Shown here piece after piece: positions 20,446 to 30,625 of a stretch of 64,000 nucleotides of DNA (positions within the stretch are counted from its first letter, which is position 1; each line of letters starts with the position of its first letter). Source of the DNA: an uncultured Actinomycetes bacterium (GTDB taxonomy: Bacteria; Actinomycetota; UBA4738; HRBIN12); the NCBI GenBank assembly GCA_963790335.1, contig CAWBOB010000003.1, positions 33,825 through 97,824 on the forward strand. The letters run 5' to 3'. A program made the position numbers and the translations under genes. The notes beneath the pieces were generated by a model that was given only the letters and a program-made list of their open reading frames with translations, was not told the DNA's origin and did no database searches.

Positions 20446-20793
20446 GCTCCAAGCAGTCGAAGCATCGACGCGAGGAGATCGACGAGGTCGCGGAGCAGCC
20501 GCAAGGAGGCTCCGGGACCGGGAGAACCGACGAAGGCCGCAAGGCCAGACGCGGAACTCCGGGGTCGCAGTCGAAGGCCGCGAGGCCGGAAGCTGCACCT
20601 CCCGAGCTTGGCCGACGCTGCAAGGCCGAAGCCGGTTCGGCCCTCGGCGGAACGTCTTCGGGCGGGCCGCAGGGGAACGGTCGGTCACCACCGCGACGAG
20701 CGCCCAGGTTGCTTGGAGCACCTGAGCCCGAGAGGCTGAGGGTGGTTGAGCGCTTCGGCGCTCGGCGAGCCCGAAGGTCTCTCGGGCTCTTTG
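20446..20793 (+). ncRNA. Unidentified large structured non-coding RNA (core 20446-20719)
   Basis: 13-bp closing helix GCTCCAAGCAGTC (20446-58)/GGTTGCTTGGAGC (20707-19), nested stems, GCAA/GCAA/GCGA and two C-UUCG-G tetraloops; own promoter and terminator; no credible ORF. Confidence 0.8.
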
Positions 20794-20796
20794 CTT
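20767..20796 (+). terminator. Intrinsic terminator
   Basis: GAGCCCGA/TCGGGCTC stem followed by TTTGCTT. Confidence 0.75.
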
Positions 20797-20827
20797 CCCG
20801 CTGCCCATCGCGGCTACGGTTCCGGCC

Positions 20828-21484
20828 ATGGGCGCGGAGGCTGAGGGTGGGTCGCGGCGCGGCGACGCAGCGGCGCGGCGTGATCGCATCATCGACGCAG
20901 CCATGCGTCACTTCGCCGAGCACGGATACCGCGGCGGCAAGGTCGAAGACATCGCCGTCGAGGTCGGGGTGGCCAAGGGCACGGTCTTCCTCGACTTCGG
21001 GTCCAAGGACGGCCTGTTCCTGGCGGCGTACGAACGCGCCGTCTCGATGTTGCCGGCCTGGCTCGATGCCCCCGAGGCGATCATCGCCGATGGGTTCTGG
21101 GCGACGCTCGACTGGTGGCTCGAGCACACCGAGGACTTCGTCGAACGCGACCCGGTGCCCAACCGGCTCGCGGTCATCGGTCGGTACGACGCAGGCATGG
21201 GCGTGCGGCTTCCGATCGATCGGTTCATGCGGAGCGAAGACCCCTACGGCACCCTGGAGTTCGTCGAGTTCGGAGTGGGGACCGGCGAGGTTCGCGACGA
21301 CGTCGACGCGGAGATGCTCGCCTCGATGCTCGACTGGGTCGCCGAGCGCTTCCAGGAGGCCCTCGTGTCGGCCGAGCTCGACCCGGGTTTGATCCATCGC
21401 CGGCCCGAGCGTCGTGGCATGCGCATCAAGGAGTTCGTCGAGATCCTGCGCCACGGCATCGAGTCACACGATGCCGAGGCATGA
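20828..21484 (+). CDS. TetR/AcrR family regulator
   Basis: RDRIIDAAMRHFAEHGY...DIAVEVGVAKGTVF..FGSKDGLF HTH. Confidence 0.9.
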   Translation: MGAEAEGGSRRGDAAARRDRIIDAAMRHFAEHGYRGGKVEDIAVEVGVAKGTVFLDFGSKDGLFLAAYERAVSMLPAWLDAPEAIIADGFWATLDWWLEHTEDFVERDPVPNRLAVIGRYDAGMGVRLPIDRFMRSEDPYGTLEFVEFGVGTGEVRDDVDAEMLASMLDWVAERFQEALVSAELDPGLIHRRPERRGMRIKEFVEILRHGIESHDAEA

Positions 21485-21508
21485 GCCGCGTGCGGTAGGT
21501 TGTGCCGC

Positions 21509-22345
21509 ATGAGCAGCGACGATGCACGCCGGGTGGCGTTCCTCGGTGGCGGGAAGATGGCCGAAGCCTTGATCTCGGGCCTCATCCGCTCGGGAGGGCG
21601 CACCGCCGACGAGATCATGGTCACCAACCGCCGCGAGGAACGCGCCCGCGAGCTCGCGGGCAAGTACGGGGTCACGGCGACCCTCGACAACGCCGAGGCG
21701 GTGCGCTGGGCCGACGTGCTCGTGCTGATGACGAAGCCCCAGGACATCGAGTCGCTGCTGCACCAGATCCGCGAGCACGTGCAGCCGCGCGACCGCGTGA
21801 TCAGCTTCGCGGCCGGCGTGCGCACGTCGTTCGTCGAGAAGCAGCTTCCCGACGACGTGCCGGTCGTGCGCGTGATGTCCAACGTGCCGGTCATGGTCGA
21901 CGAGGCCATGTCGGTCATCTCGGCGGGGCGATCGGCAGGCGATGAGCACCTCGCGATCGCCGAAGAGCTGCTCGGCACCGTGGGCAAGGTGCTCCGGCTT
22001 CCCGAGCAGCACCTCGACGCCGTGACGGCCACCTCGGGAAGCGGACCGGCCTACTTCTTCCTGCTCGCCGAGGCGATGATCGAGGCCTGCATCCTGCTCG
22101 GGCTCTCGCGCGACGTTGCGACCGAGCTGATCATCCAGACGATGCTCGGATCGGCCAAGATGCTGCGTGACACCGGCACGCACCCGGTGGAGCTCCGCGA
22201 GATGGTGACCTCGCCAGGCGGCACCACGATCGCCGCGATCCGCCATCTCGAGGAAGCCGGCGTGCGTGCCGCGTTCCTGAACGCGATCGACGCAGCGCGC
22301 CACCGCTCGCTCGAGCTGGCGCAGGGCGGCGACGACGACGAGTAG
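21509..22345 (+). CDS. proC: Pyrroline-5-carboxylate reductase
   Basis: GGGKMAEA, VVRVMSN, TATSGSGPAY, VTSPGGTT. Confidence 0.96.
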   Translation: MSSDDARRVAFLGGGKMAEALISGLIRSGGRTADEIMVTNRREERARELAGKYGVTATLDNAEAVRWADVLVLMTKPQDIESLLHQIREHVQPRDRVISFAAGVRTSFVEKQLPDDVPVVRVMSNVPVMVDEAMSVISAGRSAGDEHLAIAEELLGTVGKVLRLPEQHLDAVTATSGSGPAYFFLLAEAMIEACILLGLSRDVATELIIQTMLGSAKMLRDTGTHPVELREMVTSPGGTTIAAIRHLEEAGVRAAFLNAIDAARHRSLELAQGGDDDE

Positions 22346-22362
22346 AGGAGCGGAACGACCGC

Positions 22363-22485
22363 ATGGGCAGAGGAGATCTCGCGAAGGTGCGCTCGGCGAA
22401 GGACCGCCAGCGAAAGAAGAAGTCACGCGACGCGCGCAAGGCCGTCGAGGCAGGAGCCGCGCGCAAGGCCGCCAAGAAGCGGTGA
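22363..22485 (+). CDS. 40-aa Lys/Arg-rich small protein
   Basis: GAGGAG RBS; MGRGDLAKVRSAKDRQRKKKSRDARKAVEAGAARKAAKKR*; stop overlaps the next GTG (GTGA). Confidence 0.7.
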   Translation: MGRGDLAKVRSAKDRQRKKKSRDARKAVEAGAARKAAKKR

Positions 22486-23427
22486 CCGAGGCGCCGCAGC
22501 TGCGGCGTTACCGAGGGTTCATGGCGGACAGCGACCGCTGGCGGCGATTCAGATTCAGGGACGACGACGTGGTCATCACGACGCCGTCGAAGTGCGGCAC
22601 CTCGTGGATGCAGACGATCGTCGGCATGCTCATCCTCGGCCGTCCCCGACCTGGACGAACCCATCAGCCGGCTCTCGCCGTGGCTCGACATGCAGATCCA
22701 CACCGATGAGGAAGTCTTCGGTCGTCTCGAGCGTCAGAGCCACCGACGGTTCATCAAGACCCATACGCCGCTGGACGGCATCCCGCGCCACCCATCGGCG
22801 ACCTACATCTGCCTGATCCGTCATCCGCTCGACGTGGCGCTGTCCGACCGCGATCACGACGAGAACCAGCGGACCGACGTCGCGGTCGCACTCCGGGTCG
22901 CCGCGTCGGGCGAGCCCGATCCCGAGGTCGGCCTCCCGGAACGAGGTCCCGACGACCCTGGTGACTACCTCCGCTGGTTCATCGACAACGACAACCAGCC
23001 GACCGGCAGCGGTCCGTACGGATTGGCCGACTACTGCCAGCAGGTCCTGACGTATTGGCACGCCCGTGCATCGCCCAACGTGCACCTGTTCCACTACGCC
23101 GACCTGTGGACCTCCCTGGATGATGAGATGCGCCGGGTGGCGGCGGCGCTCGACATCGCCGTCGCGGAAGAGCGCTGGCAGGAGTTCGTCGATGCCGCCC
23201 GGCTGGACTCGATGCGATCCCGCGCCGGCGTCACGGCCCCCGACGCCCATCTCGGCATCTGGCGTTCGGCCGAGGGGTTCTTCCGGGTGGGTGGCACCAG
23301 GGACTGGGCCTCGCTCCTCACCGAGAGCGATCTCGTCCACTTCCACGGGCGGCTGCGCGATCTCACCGGTGATGCCGCGGCCTGGATCCTGCGAGGGCGG
23401 GCCGGGTTCGGGGACAGGACTCCCTGA
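22482..23427 (+). CDS. PAPS-dependent sulfotransferase (frameshift near 22645)
   Basis: DDVVITTPSKCGTSWMQ (5'-PSB loop), RFIKTHTPLD, RHPLDVALS, FFRVGG. Confidence 0.88.
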
Positions 23428-23464
23428 GGATCCGGCGTGCGTCGCCTCAAGATGCCGCTCAACG

Positions 23465-23990
23465 ATGCCGATTCCACCCAGGATGCTGTCCGCCCGGCGC
23501 TTGCTCTCCTCGCTCGGCCTCGCCCTGATCGTCATCGGCCTGACGCCGCTCGACGTCGCCGGGCGCACCTGGGATGGCGAGCGTGGATGCGTGGATCGTC
23601 TCGGGGCGCAAGGGCCCGATCGGCGCCACGGTGCACAGCTCTGACGGTGACGGACAGACACTCACACGCCGCATCGTGGCCGGGCGCAAGGTCACGTTCA
23701 CGATCTCCGCGAAGCGCACGGGAACCGGGCGGAGCTCCGTGACGTTCCTCGGTTGCGCCGGAGCGCCGGGGTTCGCGGTGACCTACCGGCTTCCCGACGG
23801 CACCGTGGTCACGCTCGACGTGACCGGGAGGGGCTACGCCTACCGCCAGGTCGACGTCGGGCAGATCGTGCGCATGCGACTGACGGTCGACACGGCGCCG
23901 AGCAGGGCGGGTGACGAGGCGTTCTGCGGGGTGGGCGCCTATACGCCCGACCGCGGTGACGTGGTCGGTGCCCGCATCGTCGCGGTGTAG
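23465..23990 (+). CDS. Secreted hypothetical beta-rich protein (frameshift near 23562)
   Basis: Signal-like LLSSLGLALIVIGL in one frame joins ORF 23574..23990. Confidence 0.5.
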
Positions 23991-24025
23991 TCGTCCGTCT
24001 TCCGACGCGTCGATACGGCGGGTGG

Positions 24026-24816
24026 TCAGCGTGTCGCGATGCGGTTCCGCAGCGTGCCGATGCCCTCGGCGGCCAGCTCCACGAGCGCTCCCGGCCACAG
24101 GCGGCGCGACGGGTCGGCGTCATCGTCGATCGCCGGGAACGGTCCGAGCGCGAACGCATCGCCGCGCTCGAGCACGGCGTGTTCGCGACACCGACGCGAT
24201 CAGCTCGAACAGCGAGGTCGCGGTGCCGTTGAGGTTCCCCTTCATCACGTCGCGCTCGTCGACCTTCACCTGCACGAACGTCGTCTGCGGGATCCAGCTC
24301 GTCCGCGGTGACGACGCACGGTCCGACCGAGATGGGCACGCCATCGGCCGACTCGACCGGCGCGCCGTCGGCGGAGCGAGCCCTCCAGTCGTTCACGAGC
24401 GTGTAGCCGAACACCTCGGCGCGAACCTCGTCGGGGGTGATCCTCGACGCCTCGTTGCCGATGATCGCTGCGACCAGCGGCTCGTAGTCGAGCCATGCCG
24501 CTCCGTCGGGCCAGGGCACGGCCTGCTCGGGACCCACGATGCGCCGATCGACGTCCATGGCCCGCGGCGAGAGGAGCGACGCTGGGAACAGCGGGGTCAG
24601 GATGCGAGGGGTCGGCACACGCCAGTTCCACGCATCGTCGCGTTCCAGGGCGGCACGGGCGGCATCCATGACGCTGCCTCGGCTGCTCGAGACCAGATCC
24701 TCGAGGGTGGCGGGGAAGGCCGGATGCCCGACAACGTCGGGAAGGTCGACCACCTCGCCCTCGATGATCGCTCCCAGTCGCCGGTGCCCCCCCCGGTCGT
24801 AGGTCACGAGCCTCAT
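24026..24816 (-). CDS. Fumarylacetoacetate-hydrolase-family protein (frameshifted)
   Basis: MRLVTY, LDYE, VFGYTLVNDW, GPCVVTADEL, and C-terminal EGIGTLRNRI. Confidence 0.8.
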
Positions 24817-24879
24817 CAGGGAGCCGAAGCATACGCCCGTCGGGTCGCGATTTCCGGCTTTTCGGGCTACCGGATCCGA

Positions 24880-26173
24880 TCATCGTTCGACGGCGAAGAG
24901 GGCCCACGTGCCGGGGACGCCCTTGAGGGTGTGCTCCCCCCGAGGCACGAAGGTGTTGCCGGATCCGGCCACGAGATCGGTCACGGTGCGGGACACGAGT
25001 ACCTCTCCAGGCTCGGCTTGGCTCATCACCCTCGCGCCGATCACGACGGCGATCCCGGCCGGCTTCGGGCCCAGCAACTCGCACTCTCCGGTGTGCAGAC
25101 CGGCGCGGACCTGCAGCCCTCGATCGGCGGCCTCCGCGACGATCGCCTTCGCACACTCGATCGCCCGCGCAGGACCGTCGAACCGGCAGAAGAAGCCGTC
25201 GCCCGCGCTGTCGACCTCGGTGCCCCTGAAGCGCGTCAGAGCCCGGCGCACGTCGTCATGGTGCTGCCCGAGCACGTCCTTCCACGCCCGGTCGCCGATC
25301 GCAGCCGCCATCGAGGTCGAATCGGTGAGGTCGGTGAACAGCAAGGTCGCGAGCACGGATTCCGGCACGACCGGCACCGTCCCCTCCTTCACGGCCCCGA
25401 TGATCAGCTCGGCGAGCTGTTCGCCGTCGACGTACGGGTCGACGCCGGAGCTCGGGAGGGCGACGGACTGACGCCCCTGGGATGCGCTCCGCCACCGCCA
25501 GCGCTGCCTCGCTGCTGTCGGCCGGATACGCGACGAGCGTCGGAACCCGGATCGTCGGAAGCACGTCGCTCATGTCGGTCTCCAACTGCATCCGCGTGAA
25601 TGCCGCGGCTCCGCTCGGGCTCACGGCTGCGCGCTGCATCCAGACGAACCAATCCAAGAGGTCGGGGTCGTGGCTGTAGTTGGGGCTGATCTCCCTCGCG
25701 AAGTCCTCCATCCAGGTCCGTTCTCCCCAATGCTCGCGAGCCTCGCGCACCAAGGCATTCTTCGTCTCTTCGTCCTCGTCGAAGGTCGTGTACGGCCAGT
25801 GCAGGATGAGGTTGCGGCAACGTTCGGGATGCGTCGAGGCGAACAGCGCGCAGACGTTGGCGCTCTCGGCGACCCCGAACAACGACGTCTGGTCCAGCCC
25901 CGTCGCGTCGAGGACCGCGTTGATGTCATCCATCCGTGACTCGAGCGTCACGATGCGCGGGCGGTCCGACAGACCGGTCCCGCGAGGGTTGTAGACGATC
26001 AGGTGGAGATGTTCCGAGAGGCGGTCGAGGAACGCACGGGTGTGTGGCGCCGTCCAGAGCGCCTCGATCGTGCAGAGGTGCGGCGCGTAGATGAGGGGAG
26101 GACCGTCGCCGACCGACTGGTAGGCGATCGCGACGCTTCCCGAGCGGGCGTAGCGAACGTCCGGGATATCCAC
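24880..26173 (-). CDS. Alpha/beta hydrolase-class III adenylate cyclase fusion (Rv1900c/LipJ-like); frameshift near 25455
   Basis: RYARSG..IAYQ, RGTGLSDR; LATLLFTD, AGDGFF, RAGLHTGECE, GEVLVSRTV, LKGVPGTW. Confidence 0.88.
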
Positions 26174-26301
26174 CGGAGCATCCTGCCACAGCCCGCGATG
26201 CCGACCTGCGGATGGGCGGGCCGATGGACGCTCGGCTAGCATGGCGCCCTCGCGCCGATCCGCCGTTCCGCGTGTCGCGCACGATCGAAGGAGGTTCCGC
26301 G

Positions 26302-27872
26302 ATGACCGAGAAGTTCCGGATCACCTACGCGACCATGTCGGCCGACAACGAGGAGCTGCAGGCGACCTACGACGACGCCGCCGAGCGCGCCCGAGCCGAG
26401 CTCGGCAAGGACTATCCGGTGATCGTGAACGGCGAGGAGCGCTGGCGCGACGAGAAGTACGAGGAACCGTCGCCGATCGACTCCGACATCATCATCGGGC
26501 GTTTCTCCCAGGCCACGACCGAAGACGTCGACGACGCCGTGGCGGCCGCGAAGGGCTTCCAGCTCGAGTGGGACCGCATGGGCTGGCAGGAGCGGGTGCG
26601 TATCCTGCGCAACGTCGCCGACATCATGGAAGACCGCGTCTTCGACCTCGCCGCGCTCATGGCCTACGAGGTCGGCAAGAGCCGGCTCGAGGCGCTCGGC
26701 GACGTGCAGGAGACGGCGGAGCTGATCCGCTGGAACTGCGACGAGATGGAGAGCCACGACGGCTTCCGCGTGCCGATGAGCGGCATGGGGGCCGCGGGGG
26801 ACTACTACGACGTGCTCCGGCCGCACGGCGTGTGGGCCGTCATCAGTCCCTTCAACTTCCCGATGGCCCTGTCGGGCGGCCCGTCGAGCGGGGCCCTGGT
26901 GGCGGGCAACACCGTCGTGCTGAAGCCCTCGAACCAGGGCGCGCTGCTCGGCTACAAGCTCTACGAGTGCTACCGCGACGGTGGCGTGCCGCCGGGAGCG
27001 TTCCACCTGGTGACGGGGCGGGGCGCCGTGGCCGGCGACCACCTGTGGCACCACCCCGACGTGAACGGCATCACGTTCACCGGGTCCTACCCGGTGGGCA
27101 TGGACATCTACAAGCACTTCTCCACCGACGTGCCCAAGCCGGTGATCTGCGAGATGGGCGGCAAGAACCCCACGATCGTCACGAAGAACGCCGACCTCGA
27201 CAAGGCGACCGACGGTGTGCATGCGCAGCGCCTTCGGCTTCGGCGGGCAGAAGTGCTCGGCGAACTGCAGCGCGTCTACGTCGAGCGCGAGGTCTACGAC
27301 GACTTCCTGTCACAGCTCAAGACGAAGGCCGAGGCGATCAAGGTCGGCAACCCGATCGAGCGCGACGTCTACATGGGTCCGATCATCAACGAGCCCGCGC
27401 TGGAGACCTACGAGGAGGCCGCCGAGGAAGCCCGCAAGAACGGCACGATCGTCACCGGCGGGCAGCGCATCACCGAGGGCGACTTCGGCCGCGGCCTGTT
27501 CGTCGAGCCCACGATCGTCGAGGTACCCGAGGACAGCTGGATCTGGCGCAAGGAGCTGTTCGTGCCGTTCGTGGCGGTGGCGCCGTTACGAGGAGCTCGA
27601 CGAGGCGATCGAGAAGGCCAACGACACCGAGTACGGCCTCACCGCGGGCCTGTTCAGCGAGGACCGCAGCGAGATCGACGAGTGGCTCGACCGCATCCAG
27701 GCCGGCGTCGTCTACGTGAACCGCCGCGCCGGGCTCGACCACGGGAGCCTGGCCGGGCGTGCAGCCCTTCGGAGGCTGGAAGGGCTCGGGCACGACCGGC
27801 AAGGCCGGCGGCGGTCCCTACTACGTGCTGCAGTACCTGCGCGAGCAGTCGCGGACGGTGATCGAGGAGTGA
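26302..27872 (+). CDS. Aldehyde dehydrogenase (P5C-dehydrogenase-like); several frameshifts
   Basis: ISPFNFP, FTGS, EMGGKN, FGGQKCSA, ELFVP, YGLTAG, QPFGGWKGSG. Confidence 0.9.
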
Positions 27873-29174
27873 GCCTGGAGGACATGGAGCTCGAGGGGCT
27901 CGCCGCGCACGCGCAGGCCCAAGCTCATCACGGAGGTTCCCGGCCCGGAGGCGATGGCGCGTATCGAGCGCGACCGCAGGGTCACGTCGCCGTCGCTCCC
28001 TCGCGCGTACCCGTTCGTGCCCCGCCGCGGGGCGGGTTCCATCGTCGAGGACGTCGACGGCAACATCTTCCTCGACCTCAACGCCGGCATCGCGGTCACC
28101 AGCACCGGCCATTGCCACCCGCGGGTCGTCGAGGCCGTGCAGCGTCAGGCGACCCAGCTGCTGCACTACTCGGCGAGCGACTTCTTCCTGCCGATCTACT
28201 CCGACGTGTGCGAGCGGCTCGACGCGATGGCGCCGTTCGGAGGGGCCCGGGCGCGGAGCTTCCTCACGAACTCCGGGACCGAGGCGGTCGAAGCCGCGAT
28301 CAAGCTCGCGCGGTTCTCGACGGGTCGCCAGTACCTGATCGGCTTCTACCAGTCGTTCCACGGCCGCTCGATGGGGTCGGTCACGCTCACCGCGTCGAAG
28401 GCGCGGTACCGCACGAACTTCGGGCCGTTGATGCCGAGCGTCTACCACTCGTTCTACGGTGACTTCGACTACCTCGAGCAGGTGCTGTTCAAGCGCATCG
28501 TCTCACCGACCGAGGTCGCCGCGATCGTCGTCGAGTCATGGCTCGGCGAGGGCGGGTACGTGCTGCCCCCCGAGGGATGGTTCACGTACCTGCGCGAGCT
28601 CTGTGACCGGCACGGCATCCTGCTCGTCTGCGACGAGGTGCAGTCGGGCATGGGGCGCAGCGGCACGATGTGGGCGATCGAGCAGGAAGGCGTGACGCCC
28701 GACATCGTCACCGCCGGCAAGGGCATCGCGAGCGGGCTTCCGCTCGGCGCGATGATCGCGCGCGACGACCTGATGACATGGGAGCTCGGCGCGCACGGTT
28801 CGACCTACGGCGGCTCGCCACTCTCGTGCGCCGCAGCCCTCGCGACGTTCGACGTCATCGACGAGGAAGGGCTGATGGCCAACGCGTCGGCGGTGGGCGA
28901 GGTGCTGCTCGACGGTCTCCGCGAGATCGCCGGGCGACACCCGGTCGTCACCGACGTGCGCGGACGGGCGCTGTGGATCGGGGTGTCGTTCGACGACCAC
29001 GATCGGAGCGCCGCGGTCGAGCAGGCCGCGTTCCGGCGCGGGCTGTTGGTGCTCGGATGCGGCGACGACGCCATCCGCATCTCGCCCGCACTCGTGTTCC
29101 GCGAGGACCAAGCGCGGGTCGCCCTCGAGATCTTCGAGGAAGCGGTCGCCGAGGTCGAAGCCGTCGGAACGTAG
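27869..29174 (+). CDS. Class III aminotransferase (4-aminobutyrate aminotransferase-like); frameshift near 27910
   Basis: DVDGNIFLD, NSGTEAVEAA, FHGRS, DEVQSGMGR, GKGIASG, HGSTYGG. Confidence 0.92.
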
Positions 29175-29202
29175 GCTGCCGACCACCGTGCAGACCGCGT
29201 TC

Positions 29203-29319
29203 ATGGAGGCGCCCGGTTGGGGCGGCCCGAGCATGTGGTCGCAGGACTCCATGATCGTGATGGCCGACCCTGAGGGCAACGAGTTCTGCGTGGAACGCGG
29301 CCCGGGCGACGAGCCATGA
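29203..29319 (+). pseudogene. C-terminal fragment of a VOC protein
   Basis: ...IVMADPEGNEFCV..., similar at DNA level to 29619-29654 of the next gene. Confidence 0.5.
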
Positions 29320-29705
29320 GCTCGACGATCGACACACTCACGGTCGACTGCACCGACCCCGGAGTGGTCGGACGATTCTGGGCTGAGGCCCTGGGTTGGC
29401 GGATCGTCGACCAAGGCGATGGCGAGCTCGAGATCGTCGACCCCGCGGGCCTCGACCGTCCGATGCTGTTCCAGGTCGTGCCGGAGCCGAAGTCGGCCAA
29501 GAACCGCTGGCACCTCGACCTCCGTCCGCGAACATCGATGGCGGACGAGGTCACCCGGCTCGTGCACACAGGTGCGAGTGTCCTCGAACGCATCGACGAA
29601 CGTGACGGTTCCTGGACGGTGATGCTCGATCCTGAGGGCAACGAGTTCTGCGTGCTGCTGGGTTCCGAGGATGGCTGGTCGCCCGATGAGCGAGGGAGCG
29701 TGTGA
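29316..29705 (+). CDS. VOC (glyoxalase-like) family protein
   Basis: VDCTDP..FWAEALGW, VPEPKSAKNRWHLDL, DPEGNEFC. Confidence 0.9.
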   Translation: MSSTIDTLTVDCTDPGVVGRFWAEALGWRIVDQGDGELEIVDPAGLDRPMLFQVVPEPKSAKNRWHLDLRPRTSMADEVTRLVHTGASVLERIDERDGSWTVMLDPEGNEFCVLLGSEDGWSPDERGSV

Positions 29706-30625
29706 CGGCGTCGAAGCTCACCACGATGCAGGACGCTGTACGCGAGCTCGTGCGCGACGGCGACACCGTGGCGATCGAAGGCTTCACCCACCTGATCTGC
29801 TTCGCGGCGGGGCACGAGATCATCCGTCAGCGGCGCCGAGACCTCACGCTCGCCCGCATGACGCCCGATGTCGTCTACGACCAGATGATCGGGGCGGGCG
29901 TCGCGACGAAGCTCATCTTCAGCTGGATGGGCAACCCCGGGGTCGGCAACCTGCACGCGGTGCGCAGGCGCATCGAGCATGCCGACCCCGCCCCGCTCGA
30001 GATCGAGGAGTACTCGCACTTCGGCATGGTCTGCCGGTACATGGCTGGCGCGGCGAACCTGCCGTTCTTCCCGATCCGGAGCTACTACGAGTCCGACATC
30101 CCCACGGTCAATCCCAAGATCGTGCCCATGACCTCGCCGTACGACGACGCCGACGAGGTCTACGTCGTGCCGCCGCTGCGCCCCGATGTCGCGATCGTGC
30201 ATGCCCAGCGGGCCGACGACGCCGGGGACACGCAGATCTGGGGGCTGCTCGGGTGTCAGAAGGAAGTCGCGTTCGCCGCCGACAGGGTGATCGTCGTGGT
30301 GGAAGAGGTCGTCGACGAGTCGGTGATCAGGCGTGACCCGAACCGAACGGTGATCCCCGGCGCCGTCGTCGACGCCGTCGTGGAGGAGCCGTTCGCGTGT
30401 CATCCCTCGTTCGCACAGGGCTACTACGACCGCGACAACCGCTTCTACCTGGAGTGGGATCGCATCGCCAAGGAGCAGGACGGGCTTGACTCCTGGCTCG
30501 ACGAGTGGGTCTACGGGCTCGCGAACCACCGGGAGTACGTGGAGAAGTTCGGCGCCGCGCACTGGGATTCGCTTCGTCCGGGCTCCGCGCCGAGTGGTGA
30601 GGTCGACTACGGCAGGTACGCATGA
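29702..30625 (+). CDS. CoA-transferase subunit A (glutaconate/3-oxoadipate type)
   Basis: EGFTHLICFAAGHEIIRQ, GNPGVG, HAQRAD, HPSFAQGYYDRDN. Confidence 0.92.
   Translation: MTASKLTTMQDAVRELVRDGDTVAIEGFTHLICFAAGHEIIRQRRRDLTLARMTPDVVYDQMIGAGVATKLIFSWMGNPGVGNLHAVRRRIEHADPAPLEIEEYSHFGMVCRYMAGAANLPFFPIRSYYESDIPTVNPKIVPMTSPYDDADEVYVVPPLRPDVAIVHAQRADDAGDTQIWGLLGCQKEVAFAADRVIVVVEEVVDESVIRRDPNRTVIPGAVVDAVVEEPFACHPSFAQGYYDRDNRFYLEWDRIAKEQDGLDSWLDEWVYGLANHREYVEKFGAAHWDSLRPGSAPSGEVDYGRYA

Noticed and set aside
20446-20722. Identification of the ncRNA as tmRNA, RNase P, SRP or tRNA
   Set aside because: No T-arm/CCA end, no GGAAAGUCC, no SRP GGAA-tetraloop helix, no cloverleaf.
20314-20904. ORFs 20314..20739 (+) and 20329..20904 (-)
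   Set aside because: Arg/Pro/Ser-rich shadow translations without RBS or motifs, overlapping a clear promoter, structured RNA and terminator.
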